Assembly: GCA_032123335.1 (NCBI GenBank)
Contig: JAQBFN010000003.1
Location: forward strand, 1-17,234
From: Candidatus Micrarchaeota archaeon
GTDB lineage: Archaea > Micrarchaeota > Micrarchaeia > Anstonellales > Bilamarchaeaceae
Reading direction: 5' to 3'
DNA length: 17,234 bases
Below the pieces are notes generated by a model, which was not told the origin of the DNA, made no database searches, and worked only from the letters and a program-made list of their open reading frames with translations. This document shows positions 1 through 8,119 of this stretch, piece after piece (positions within the stretch are counted from its first letter, which is position 1; each line of letters begins with the position of its first letter). A program made the position numbers and the translations under genes.

Positions 1-467
1 CCGGTTTCGAGGCACATCTCTGCCCAGAATTCCGCGGCTTTTTGGCTTCCTACGGGGAGATAGCTTACGATTATTTCGGTGCCGGTTTCCTTTATGTGAT
101 TCTTGATTTCTTCTTTCAATTGGTCCAGGGGTTTGTTTGTAACGGGTTTGATTACACCCTCTACGTATTTGCCTACTCCATCGAGAACAGGGGATTCCTG
201 GACGATTACGCCGCTCTTGGGAACCTTTATCCAGTTCACCATATTAGGATACGCGTATGTGGCTTCGTTAAGGGGTTTTCCCACCTTGTTTGAAGCTACA
301 TCGAAAGCTGAAACGAATTCAATATCCTGGGTCCTGTATCCGGCCATATCCTGATGCATAAGGCCGATTACTTCCTTTTCGGGGTGCTCTTTGTAATAAT
401 GGAGGCCCTGGTAGAGGCCTGCGAAGCAATTCCCTACTCCGACGACACCGCATTTGATTTTGCCCAT
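1..467 (-). CDS. ino1: myo-inositol-1-phosphate synthase (C-terminal part lies outside the window)
   Basis: Not in the ORF track because it runs off the edge. Manual translation from ATG at 467 gives MGKIKCGVVGVGNCFAGLYQGLHYYK...IEFVSAFDV..NKVGKPL...IIVSYLPVGSQKAAEFWAE. The GVGNC, AFDV..KVG and SYLPVGS motifs match archaeal/actinobacterial MIPS. SD-like GAAGGTG lies upstream. Confidence 0.93.
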   Translation of the reverse strand, partial: MGKIKCGVVGVGNCFAGLYQGLHYYKEHPEKEVIGLMHQDMAGYRTQDIEFVSAFDVASNKVGKPLNEATYAYPNMVNWIKVPKSGVIVQESPVLDGVGKYVEGVIKPVTNKPLDQLKEEIKNHIKETGTEIIVSYLPVGSQKAAEFWAEMCLET

Positions 468-494
468 GGGGACACCTTCATTGACTAATGGCTG

Positions 495-502
495 TTTATA
501 TA
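495..502 (-). promoter_or_regulatory. putative TATA box for ino1 (TATATAAA on minus strand)
   Basis: TTTATATA on + reads TATATAAA on -, about 28 nt upstream of the ino1 ATG. Confidence 0.5.
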
Positions 503-510
503 GTGCGAAA

Positions 511-547
511 ATTAATAAAAGAAAGGGGTTGGTGAAAAAGGAAGAAA
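511..547 (-). terminator. putative U-rich archaeal terminator after the GGR gene
   Basis: The minus strand directly after the stop reads TTTCTTCCTTTTTCACCAACCCCTTTCTTTTATT. Confidence 0.45.
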
Positions 548-1762
548 TCAGGAGACCAGGGCCTTGAGCAAGCCCATGAGCTGGGGCCTTCCTACAACCA
601 CTTTTGCAACAGAGCCTGCAAAGTTCCCTTCCATTACCTGGTTCAGGTCCTTATCGGTTATGCTCTTGAAAATGTGGTTGAAATCATCGTCGGAAGCGGC
701 TTCCATTACCTTGCGGAGAAGGAGGCGCTTTGCAACCTTCTTCCCTGGGCCGGCACGCCATTCCTTCTCGTATTCCTTCAGGAAGGCTTCCGAGTAGTCC
801 TTGGCTTTGTGCGCCTTGAGGATTGTGTTGGCGGCCATTACACCTGCTTCCATTGCGAGGGCGATTCCTCCACCATGGATTGGGTCAACCTGGCGGGCGC
901 CGGTTCCTACAACGAGGAAATTATCTTTAACAAAAGAATCGATGGGGGCGCCTACGGAAATGATGCCACCGAAATCCTGGAGCTTGGAAGCGTTTTTGAG
1001 CTGGGGATGGTTCTCGATGAAGTTATCAAGGAAGTCCTTGGGGGTGGCGCCTTTCAAACCGCCGTCTTTCATGCCGGTTTCGAGGTGGGCACCGATGCCT
1101 ACACCCACATTGGCTTTCTTGTCGGCCTTGGGGAAAATCCATACATAGCCGCGGGGCGCTACTTTAGTTCCAAAGTAGAGCTCAATGAGGTTCTCGTGGT
1201 CGTATTCCTGCATTTCGTATTGGTAGCAGGTATCCACATCGTAAAGAGTAGAGAGGGCGCGGAAACCGGCTTTGCGGGCGATCTGGGATTCCATTCCTTC
1301 TGCGGAAATTATGAGAGGTGCAGTTACTTCGTAGGGGTCGCGGTCTCCGTGGGAAACCTTTACTCCCTGGATTTTTCCATCGTGCTTTACGAGGTCGGAA
1401 ACGCGGGTGTAACACTGGACACGGGCGCCTTTGTGCACGGCCTGCTCCATGAGCCACTTGTCGAACATTTTTCTTTCAAGAACCCAGCCAGTAGTCTCTT
1501 TATCCTTCCATACAATGGAGGAGCCGTCCGGGGAAATAACCTTTGCACCGTGGATATCAGTGGAGATGCACTGCCTGGGGATGTCGATGCCCTGGGCAAC
1601 TACTTCGCGGGCACCGAGGCCTTCTCCGCAGCGGACGGGTTCACCCAGTTCCTTGCGCTTGTCAAAGACCATTACATCGAGGCCCTGCTGGGCGAGGATG
1701 CGGGAAACTGTAGCTCCGGAAGGGCCTGCGCCGATTATGATTACATCGTGATCGTATTCCAT
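548..1762 (-). CDS. digeranylgeranylglycerophospholipid reductase / geranylgeranyl reductase family FAD oxidoreductase
   Basis: DVIIIGAGPSG FAD fold, PVRCGEG, LERKMFDKWL, PRGYVWIFPK and P..GGGI motifs. Start placed at MEYDHD (1762) because GGAGG sits about 10 nt upstream; the longer ORF extension overlaps the ferredoxin. Confidence 0.9.
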   Translation of the reverse strand: MEYDHDVIIIGAGPSGATVSRILAQQGLDVMVFDKRKELGEPVRCGEGLGAREVVAQGIDIPRQCISTDIHGAKVISPDGSSIVWKDKETTGWVLERKMFDKWLMEQAVHKGARVQCYTRVSDLVKHDGKIQGVKVSHGDRDPYEVTAPLIISAEGMESQIARKAGFRALSTLYDVDTCYQYEMQEYDHENLIELYFGTKVAPRGYVWIFPKADKKANVGVGIGAHLETGMKDGGLKGATPKDFLDNFIENHPQLKNASKLQDFGGIISVGAPIDSFVKDNFLVVGTGARQVDPIHGGGIALAMEAGVMAANTILKAHKAKDYSEAFLKEYEKEWRAGPGKKVAKRLLLRKVMEAASDDDFNHIFKSITDKDLNQVMEGNFAGSVAKVVVGRPQLMGLLKALVS

Positions 1763-1767
1763 GAAAA

Positions 1768-2016
1768 TCATTCCTCCTTTTTCACATCCTGAAGCTCGTT
1801 TGTGGAGGTAGAACTTCGAGATGTGTTCTCCTCTCCTGCCTTGGGGATAAATTTGATTGCGTTTGCAGGGCAGGCCTTTACGCAGGCTCCGCAGGAAATG
1901 CACTTCTCAGGGTGGAAAACCATCCTGAGGCCATCCAGTTCAATTGCCCCGGTGGGGCATACTGATGCGCATCCGATGCACTGGATGCATCTGGAGTGAT
2001 TTATTTCGATAGGCAT
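1768..2016 (-). CDS. 2x[4Fe-4S] ferredoxin
   Basis: Two CxxCxxCxxxCP motifs (CIQCIGCASVCP and CISCGACVKACP). Stop is 5 nt before the GGR start. Confidence 0.93.
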   Translation of the reverse strand: MPIEINHSRCIQCIGCASVCPTGAIELDGLRMVFHPEKCISCGACVKACPANAIKFIPKAGEENTSRSSTSTNELQDVKKEE

Positions 2017-2069
2017 GAAAGAAAATTGTTAAGTGAAGGTTAAAAAGTTAGCGATGGGAGGGATTTGAC

Positions 2070-2552
2070 ATGAAAGAATTGAAAGTTAGGTGCGGGGGGT
2101 TTGCAGAGGTTGAGCAGAGATTAAGGAAGATGGAAGCGCAGAAAGTTGGAGAAGGGAAAGAAAGGGCTGCTTATTTTGATACGGAAGGGCGAGGGGGACT
2201 GAAGATTGTGCAGGAGGAAGATGGGGCGAGGATGGGGTTGGCTGCATATAACAAGGAGAATGGGTGCTTTGATATTGTTTCAAGTGATGTGAGGGATGTG
2301 GATGGGGCGAGGAGGATTTTCAATAAATTGTTCAGCAGCGTTGGGCAGGTGGTGCTGGAGAAGAAAGTGTATAAACTGGGGAATGTGGAGGTGTGGCTGG
2401 CGCACATAGACCAGCTTGGGAATTTTGTATTGATTATGGGGGAGAGTGAAGAAACGCTGCATGAACTGGCTGGGAATTTAGGTTTTGAGCCGGATAAGAT
2501 AGTGAAGGAGAATTTTGCAGAAATGCTGTTTAAGGCTGGGAAGAAAATCTAG
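2070..2552 (+). CDS. CYTH-domain (CyaB/class IV adenylate cyclase-like) protein, apparently catalytically degenerate
   Basis: The overall pattern ELKVR...RL..M.A..VGE....AYFD...VYKLGNVEVWL.....LG.FV.I...LGF resembles archaeal CyaB, but most acidic and basic catalytic residues are substituted. Confidence 0.7.
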   Translation: MKELKVRCGGFAEVEQRLRKMEAQKVGEGKERAAYFDTEGRGGLKIVQEEDGARMGLAAYNKENGCFDIVSSDVRDVDGARRIFNKLFSSVGQVVLEKKVYKLGNVEVWLAHIDQLGNFVLIMGESEETLHELAGNLGFEPDKIVKENFAEMLFKAGKKI

Positions 2553-3880
2553 ATTCCCAATCCTGGAGGGAGGTTCATTCCTCCTCCGCCCTTGAGCATT
2601 TTTTCCATTTTCTTGCGGAAGCCGCGGTCCTTGCGGAAGCGGGTGAACATCTTTTCCATTTTGGAGAATTGGGAAATGAAGCCGCGCACATCTTCAAGAG
2701 AGGCTCCGGAGCCTTTTGCAATGCGCTCCATGCGGGCGCGGGACTTGCGAATTAATGAGGCGTCTTTTCTTTCTCCTGCAGTCATGGAAGAGATTATGGA
2801 TTCGTATTGTTTGAGCTTACCCTCTCCCTGGTTCACCATTTCCTGGGGAAGGTCGCTCATTCCCATCATGGAAAAAATGCCTCCCAGAGGGCCCATGTTT
2901 TTTGCGGCCTTAAGTTGCTGGTAGAAAGTTTCTATTGTGAATTCCTGCATATCCTCTGGGGAGATTTGGGCTGCTTCGGAAGCGAGCTTTACTTTTTCCA
3001 TGAGGCCTTCTATGTCCGGGATTCCAAGGAGGCGGCCGACGTATTTGGAGGGATCATAGATCTGGAAGTCCTCCATTTTTTCCCCCATTCCTATAAACGA
3101 AATTTTGGAGCCGGTTGCGGAAACTGCGGAAAGGGCGCCTCCTCCTTTTCCTGAGCCGTCCATCTTGGTTACGATTACTCCGGTTACTGGGATGAGGGAG
3201 TTGAATTCCTCTGCCTGCTTTCCTGCAATCTGGCCTATATCTGCACTCATTACCAGATAGGATTCCTCGGGCTTGAGGGTTTTCCCTATTGCGGAGAGTT
3301 CATCTGCAAGGCGCCCATCAAAGGCGCTGCGGCCTGCGGAATCAATTATCAATATGTCGTCTTCGGAGCGGGAAAGGGCGTCTTCAACTACTTTGTAAGC
3401 GTCGGGTTCTCCTTTTACTGTGTAGAAGTTGACGCCGATTTGCTCGGAGAGCTGCTGGAGCTGCTCCTGGGCTGCGGGGCGCTCCACATCGGCTCCTACA
3501 ACGCCGACCTTGAAGCCGCGCTTCTTGTAGAAGTAAGCGAGCTTGCCTGCGGTGGAGGTTTTCCCTGCGCCGAAAAGGCCCATAAGGAGGATTTTGTGCT
3601 TGTCCATTTTGGGCTCGTAGCTTTCGCCCATAAAGGAGATGAGTTCATCGTGAACGATTTTGAGGAGGTGCTCGCGGAGGGTGAGGCCCTCGATTTGTTC
3701 GGAATCCAGGGCGCGCTTCTCGATGCGTTTGGTGAGGTCGAAAACGAGCTTTACGCTAACATCGGAGGCAATTAGCACACGCTGAAGGTCGCGCACGAAG
3801 GACTTTACGGCCTTCTCATCAACGACCGGCGCATTGGTTATTTTTGCGACTAATTGCCTTAGGCTCTTTCCCAGATCCAT
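2549..3880 (-). CDS. srp54: signal recognition particle protein SRP54
   Basis: NG domain (L..SDV, GLFGAGKTST, D..RPAA, DSAGR, TKMDGSGKGGGALS, GMGEK) plus Met-rich M domain (SMT..ER, RIAKGSG). Start at MDLGKSL (3880). Confidence 0.96.
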   Translation of the reverse strand: MDLGKSLRQLVAKITNAPVVDEKAVKSFVRDLQRVLIASDVSVKLVFDLTKRIEKRALDSEQIEGLTLREHLLKIVHDELISFMGESYEPKMDKHKILLMGLFGAGKTSTAGKLAYFYKKRGFKVGVVGADVERPAAQEQLQQLSEQIGVNFYTVKGEPDAYKVVEDALSRSEDDILIIDSAGRSAFDGRLADELSAIGKTLKPEESYLVMSADIGQIAGKQAEEFNSLIPVTGVIVTKMDGSGKGGGALSAVSATGSKISFIGMGEKMEDFQIYDPSKYVGRLLGIPDIEGLMEKVKLASEAAQISPEDMQEFTIETFYQQLKAAKNMGPLGGIFSMMGMSDLPQEMVNQGEGKLKQYESIISSMTAGERKDASLIRKSRARMERIAKGSGASLEDVRGFISQFSKMEKMFTRFRKDRGFRKKMEKMLKGGGGMNLPPGLGI

Positions 3881-3919
3881 TGGAAACCTCTTGTATGTTT
3901 TACATATATATAAATTTCG

Positions 3920-3965
3920 GGGGAGGGTCAGGAGGACCCTCAAACTGGGGAGGGGTCTCCCCTCC
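3920..3965. repeat. two adjacent GC-rich inverted repeats in the divergent intergenic region
   Basis: GAGGGTC-aggag-GACCCTC (3923-3941) and GGAGGGG-tct-CCCCTCC (3949-3965). The left arms are near-direct repeats (GGGGAGGGTC and GGGGAGGGGTC). Confidence 0.65.
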
Positions 3966-4044
3966 GCGGTTCGGTATGGTAGTTTTAGAGAAAAGGTGTT
4001 TTAAAAACGTTTCTGAATTAAGAAATAGAGCAGTTGGTGGAAAT

Positions 4045-4506
4045 ATGAAGCAGATGGCACTGCGGAATGAGAAGGGAAAGGCGATTAGGAGAACGCTTGC
4101 TGCAGCTGTTTTTGCAACTGCGTTTACAATTGGGGGTTGTGGGCAGTTCCCTCAGTGCCAGGTTTATTTTAAGGGAGAGGTTACGAAACAGTGCACCGGG
4201 TTTTTGGACAACATAACGAAGGCTAAAGACGAATTGAAGGCAGTACAGGTGCACAAGGAGTATGTGCGGGAAAAACTGAGGGGAAAGGTAATGGGGGGAG
4301 ATGCAAACCCTGAGGGGCTGGATACGTTCAATGAAGTTAGTGTGGAATTGAAAGAGGTTTCTAAAGAAATTGAAAGGTTCAAGCATCTTGAGACCCGGGT
4401 GAAAAGGGGGGAAGCAAACGAGACGGAATTGTTGGGTGCAAATGAAAGGGTTCTGGATATTGTTGAGCAGCTTAATGAGATGGGAAGGAAGCTTGTTTCG
4501 ATTTAG
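4045..4506 (+). CDS. hypothetical protein, putative secreted lipoprotein with helical/coiled-coil body
   Basis: ATG at 4045 preceded by GGTGG. Basic N-region, hydrophobic stretch and lipobox-like TIGGC, followed by E/K-rich helices. Confidence 0.65.
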   Translation: MKQMALRNEKGKAIRRTLAAAVFATAFTIGGCGQFPQCQVYFKGEVTKQCTGFLDNITKAKDELKAVQVHKEYVREKLRGKVMGGDANPEGLDTFNEVSVELKEVSKEIERFKHLETRVKRGEANETELLGANERVLDIVEQLNEMGRKLVSI

Positions 4507-4529
4507 TTTAATTGCTTTTTCTTCTATTT

Positions 4530-4913
4530 ATGGGCATGAGGCCTGTTGCTGCGGATGCGCTTATTGTAAAGGAAGGGAAGATTGTATTGATTAGGAGGGG
4601 GAATGAGCCTTTTGAAGGGAAATGGGCACTTCCTGGTGGTTTTGTGGATGCGGGAGAAAGTGTGGAGGAAGCTTGCGTGCGGGAGGCTAAGGAGGAGACC
4701 GGGCTGGATGTGCAGGTGAAGGAATTGGTGGGAGTGTTTTCCAAGCCTGAGAGGGACCCAAGGGGGACTGTGGGGGTTGCATTCTTGTGTGAAGTTATGG
4801 GTGGGAAAATGAAGGGGGGAGATGACGCTAGAGAAGCGGCGTGGTTTCTGTTGGATGGGCTTCCGGATCTTGCTTTTGACCATAAGGAAATAATCAACAT
4901 GATTGAACGCTAA
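4530..4913 (+). CDS. Nudix hydrolase (ADP-ribose pyrophosphatase-like)
   Basis: WALPGGFVDAGESVEEACVREAKEETGL Nudix box, plus RDPRG, GDDA and LAFDH motifs. Start is ATG 4530 or 4536. Confidence 0.92.
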   Translation: MGMRPVAADALIVKEGKIVLIRRGNEPFEGKWALPGGFVDAGESVEEACVREAKEETGLDVQVKELVGVFSKPERDPRGTVGVAFLCEVMGGKMKGGDDAREAAWFLLDGLPDLAFDHKEIINMIER

Positions 4914-4975
4914 AATACAGGTTTATAAAAATTCCTGTGTCTGTAAAAATATGTAAAATAGAAAAAGGAGGTTGC

Positions 4976-5512
4976 CTACTCCTTCTTTTCTTTAATCCTT
5001 GTGTCCTCAATTATGACAATGTCTTCCATGGAAACCATGTCATCGGGCTTTTCACCGAAGATGATTCCATGTTTCTTGCCGGACTGGAGAGTTTTGCGCC
5101 TTGCATAGAGGTCCTTGAGCTCTGAGCGCATTCCCTTGAGGTCTTCCTCGATTTCGGTGATGCGGGTTTCGCAGTCTACGATGTCCTGCTGGACGAGCTT
5201 CTTTTTGCGCCTTGCCTTTTCGACTGCGCGGAGGTCCTTGAGTTCGTCTTCAACCTTCTTGACCTCCTTGACAAGCTGGCGCTCAATCTGGGGGGTATAC
5301 GCCTGAGTTGCGATCTTGAATTCGAGCCTGCGCAGCTGTTTGCGCACGGGGCCAACCATGACGTTTGCGGTTTCCTTGAGAAAGGGTGCGAGGGCTTTCT
5401 CCTCGTATTTCTTGTAGCGGATTCGGCCATAATTCTTCTTGATTTCGCCGATGAGCTTGGACTTGCTGTCCTCAATCTCGTTTATCCGCGCTTCAACTTC
5501 CTCAATAGTCAT
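4976..5512 (-). CDS. archaeal coiled-coil protein (COG1340-like)
   Basis: Heptad-rich E/K sequence containing RRLEFKIATQAYTPQIERQLVKEVKKVE, which resembles the LE..IQT..LTPE.E..LV motif of that family. Start at MTIEE. Confidence 0.7.
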   Translation of the reverse strand: MTIEEVEARINEIEDSKSKLIGEIKKNYGRIRYKKYEEKALAPFLKETANVMVGPVRKQLRRLEFKIATQAYTPQIERQLVKEVKKVEDELKDLRAVEKARRKKKLVQQDIVDCETRITEIEEDLKGMRSELKDLYARRKTLQSGKKHGIIFGEKPDDMVSMEDIVIIEDTRIKEKKE

Positions 5513-5597
5513 AGCAATCACAAATATATTTAGTTTTTTAGAAACAAACTATGTAGAGGAGATTTATAGGAGTAATGCTTTTAAAGGATGTGGAAAT

Positions 5598-6311
5598 GTG
5601 AAAGAGGTACTTGTGCTGGTGGGCCCGGAGTATGAAGTCAACCTTGGGATGGTAGCGAGGGTGATGAAGAACTTCGGGATTAGGGAATTGCGAATAGTGG
5701 AGCCGTATTGCGGGGTGGGGGAGGATGCAATTATGTATTCGAAGCATGCGAGGGAGATTCTGGAGGGGGCTAAATTCTACGGGAGCCTGCGGGAGGCGAT
5801 TAATGACTGTGATGCTGCAGTCGGGTTTACGGGGATATTGAATAGGCACAGGGGCAGCATAAGGGCTGCCCTGCCCCTGCGGAAGTTCCTGGAGAAAGCA
5901 GATGAGTATGGGAAATTAGGGCTTGTTTTTGGAAGGGAAGGAATTGGGCTGAACGTGGAGGAGATAGGGGAGTGCGATTACCTTGTGCACGTGGAAACGG
6001 ATAGTGAATACCCGGTGCTGAACCTGTCACATGCGGTTGCGGTTGTGCTGTACGCGCTGGGCACCCGGAAGGTGAAAAGAACGAGGGAAAAACGGCTTCA
6101 GGGCAGGGAAAAAGAAGTGCTTATAGATATGTTTAAAAGTTTGGTAGGGAGATATAATTTCCGCAATCCGAAAAGGTGCGAGGTGGCCTTCAGAAGAATA
6201 ATCGGCCGTGCCAATCCGACTGAAAAAGAGGGGAGGTCCATATTGAATGTGCTGCGGGTTGCGCTAGAGGAACTGGAAGGTAGAGAACATGAAGAAGATG
6301 GGGCTCCATGA
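5598..6311 (+). CDS. trmJ: tRNA (cytidine/uridine-32 2'-O)-methyltransferase, TrmJ-type SPOUT family
   Basis: VLVGP...NLGMVARVMKNFG, LVFGREGIGL and EYPVLNLSHAVAVVLY motifs. GTG at 5598 chosen as start because the upstream in-frame extension overlaps the divergent gene. Confidence 0.88.
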   Translation: MKEVLVLVGPEYEVNLGMVARVMKNFGIRELRIVEPYCGVGEDAIMYSKHAREILEGAKFYGSLREAINDCDAAVGFTGILNRHRGSIRAALPLRKFLEKADEYGKLGLVFGREGIGLNVEEIGECDYLVHVETDSEYPVLNLSHAVAVVLYALGTRKVKRTREKRLQGREKEVLIDMFKSLVGRYNFRNPKRCEVAFRRIIGRANPTEKEGRSILNVLRVALEELEGREHEEDGAP

Positions 6312-7473
6312 GCTTATTTCACTTACTTTTGATTCTGACCCACACGTCAGGAAGCAGGCTGCTGTAGAGCTTGCCAAATATGATGCGGCGGGAGCAATGT
6401 TCGCGCTGGTTGAGCTTAGTTATGATAAGGATAAGGGGGTGCGGGAAACCGTAAGCAAGCTGCTGGAGGAATTAAAGGCGAATAACAGTGAGCCGGAGCT
6501 CATGAGTTTTGCAGAAGTATTCTCCAAGGGGAAGAATGGGGAGAAGAAAAAAGAGCATGAGATTACTGAAGAGGGGGAAGGGAGAGGGGAGAGCACGAAG
6601 GAAAAAATGCTTAGGCCAATAGAAATGCTATTCGAGAAAAAGCTGGGCAAGGAAAAGGCAGAGGAGGTAAAAAAGAGGATGATGCCCACAATCGAAAAAA
6701 TGTACCTAAGGGCAATGAAACAGGGGGGAGAACGAGAAAGCGGGGAGAACACAAAAGCGGTGCAGGAAATGCTCAGCGGTTACCTGGATGTGGTTGCGGG
6801 GAGCGAGGAGCTGAAAGAAGAAGAGGAAGAAAAGGAAGTGGGGCAGCAGTCGCTTGCGGATGAGCTTGGGCTGGTTTCAACAAAAGAAGTAAAGCCTGAA
6901 GCGATTTTCAAGGAAGTGGAAATGGGGGCGCTGGAAGATGAGGCATTTGCAATAGAGGAGCCGAGCGCTGAAGAGATGTGGATGCTTGAAAAGCCTGAGG
7001 AAGAAGGCGCCGCAGGGCAGACAGTGTTCAAGCTTGCATTTGACACAATGATGGCTTCAAAGGGAGACGAAAAAGTAATGAAGAGGGCCATGAAGAAGAT
7101 GCTGAAGAATACGGAAGACCAGATAAAGATGGCGTTTGATGTGGCGAAGAAAAGGTATACGGAAGTCAATATTACGAATATTACGGAATTGAAAAGCGGA
7201 ATGAAGAACATAAGTACCGGGACTCTTTATGTGAAGAATATGGAGCACAGGGATTACCAGAGAACTAAAACAAAAAAGGATACGTTTACGCGCATTGTGG
7301 TGGCAGACCAGGAGGGGAATGAAGGGGTTGTTTACCTGTTTGAGCAGAGAGGGGAGCCCATAAGGCCGGGAATGAGGCTGAAGGTTGAGAAAGGGTTTGC
7401 AAAAACATATGACTGGTCTGGGGAAACTGCAATGACTGTGAGCAAGAAGGGAAGGATTTACATCATTCTTTGA
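6289..7473 (+). CDS. hypothetical protein with N-terminal HEAT-like repeats, acidic/helical middle and C-terminal SSB/RPA-like OB fold
   Basis: DSDPHVRKQAAVEL and DKDKGVRETVSKLL are HEAT-like. The C-terminal ITELKSGMKNI...IVVADQEG..VVYLF.....IRPGMRLKVEKGFAKTY resembles the crenarchaeal SSB OB fold. Confidence 0.75.
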   Translation: MKKMGLHELISLTFDSDPHVRKQAAVELAKYDAAGAMFALVELSYDKDKGVRETVSKLLEELKANNSEPELMSFAEVFSKGKNGEKKKEHEITEEGEGRGESTKEKMLRPIEMLFEKKLGKEKAEEVKKRMMPTIEKMYLRAMKQGGERESGENTKAVQEMLSGYLDVVAGSEELKEEEEEKEVGQQSLADELGLVSTKEVKPEAIFKEVEMGALEDEAFAIEEPSAEEMWMLEKPEEEGAAGQTVFKLAFDTMMASKGDEKVMKRAMKKMLKNTEDQIKMAFDVAKKRYTEVNITNITELKSGMKNISTGTLYVKNMEHRDYQRTKTKKDTFTRIVVADQEGNEGVVYLFEQRGEPIRPGMRLKVEKGFAKTYDWSGETAMTVSKKGRIYIIL

Positions 7474-8083
7474 ACAGCCTGAGAAGGGCGAGCTTTTCAA
7501 AAAAGAAGGATTGCTCTTCTACTATTTCTGCAGAGAAACCGAGAACGCTTGCGCGCTCTACTGTTTTTGGGATATCTGTTAGTGAGCTCTGGATAAGGAA
7601 TGCGCTTCCCCCTGGAAGGAGGTAATCATCCAGGTGGTGAAGGAATATATCGGTTTGCTTGCGGCCGTTTTTTCCTCCGTAAAGTGCGAGGTCGAGCATG
7701 TTTCCTTTTTGCGTGCCATTTTCTTCTTCGGGGAGATATGGGGGATTGAAAAGGATTGAATCAAAGCGTATGTTGGAGACTTTGGAGAAGAGATCGGAGT
7801 GCTGGAAATAGGCATTCTTGATGAGGTTGTGGCGCGCATTGTATGCAGCGTTCTGGACTGCGGAATGGTTGAGGTCTACTCCAAGAACGTAATTGGATGG
7901 GTTGCGGGATGCGTTCAGGATGGCGGAAAGGCCGCATCCGGTTCCCAGCTCGAGTATGTTGCCTTCTAGTGAGTGGGTGTGCTTTGCTAGGAGGAAAGAG
8001 TCCTCCTGGGGAGTGTAAACGTCCTTGAACACATCCAGGCGAAGGCCCATGAAATTCAAGTAGGGAAAATCTGAACCGCCCAT
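7463..8083 (-). CDS. HemK2/Mtq2-type (release-factor glutamine) SAM-dependent methyltransferase
   Basis: VY.PQEDSFLL, LELGTGCG, SDLF, FNPPYLP, A..GG..GR, LIQSSL and FFEKL motifs. Confidence 0.9.
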   Translation of the reverse strand: MGGSDFPYLNFMGLRLDVFKDVYTPQEDSFLLAKHTHSLEGNILELGTGCGLSAILNASRNPSNYVLGVDLNHSAVQNAAYNARHNLIKNAYFQHSDLFSKVSNIRFDSILFNPPYLPEEENGTQKGNMLDLALYGGKNGRKQTDIFLHHLDDYLLPGGSAFLIQSSLTDIPKTVERASVLGFSAEIVEEQSFFFEKLALLRLFKE

Positions 8084-8119
8084 TAGTAAAATATTAGTTT
8101 TGGGTTTTTTAAGCCTTCT

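Noticed and set aside
674..1792. 372-aa + strand ORF and the many other antisense ORFs in the track
   Set aside because: They shadow well-supported genes on the opposite strand, have no recognisable motifs, and are expected from the biased codon usage.
1763..1903. N-terminal extension of the GGR ORF, or a possible ferredoxin-GGR fusion
   Set aside because: It overlaps the ferredoxin in another frame. The ferredoxin has its own stop and GGR has its own SD and ATG.
3915..3975. Possible SRP (7S) RNA next to srp54
   Set aside because: Far too short, and it lacks the helix 8 CAGG...GNRA...AGCAG motif.
3844..4044. Upstream extensions of the 220-aa ORF and of SRP54 (to 3943)
   Set aside because: They cover promoter and hairpin sequence. 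Better starts exist at 4045 and 3880.
5439..5597. Long N-terminal extension of TrmJ
   Set aside because: It overlaps the divergent coiled-coil gene and the AT-rich promoter gap. Homology begins at about 5598.
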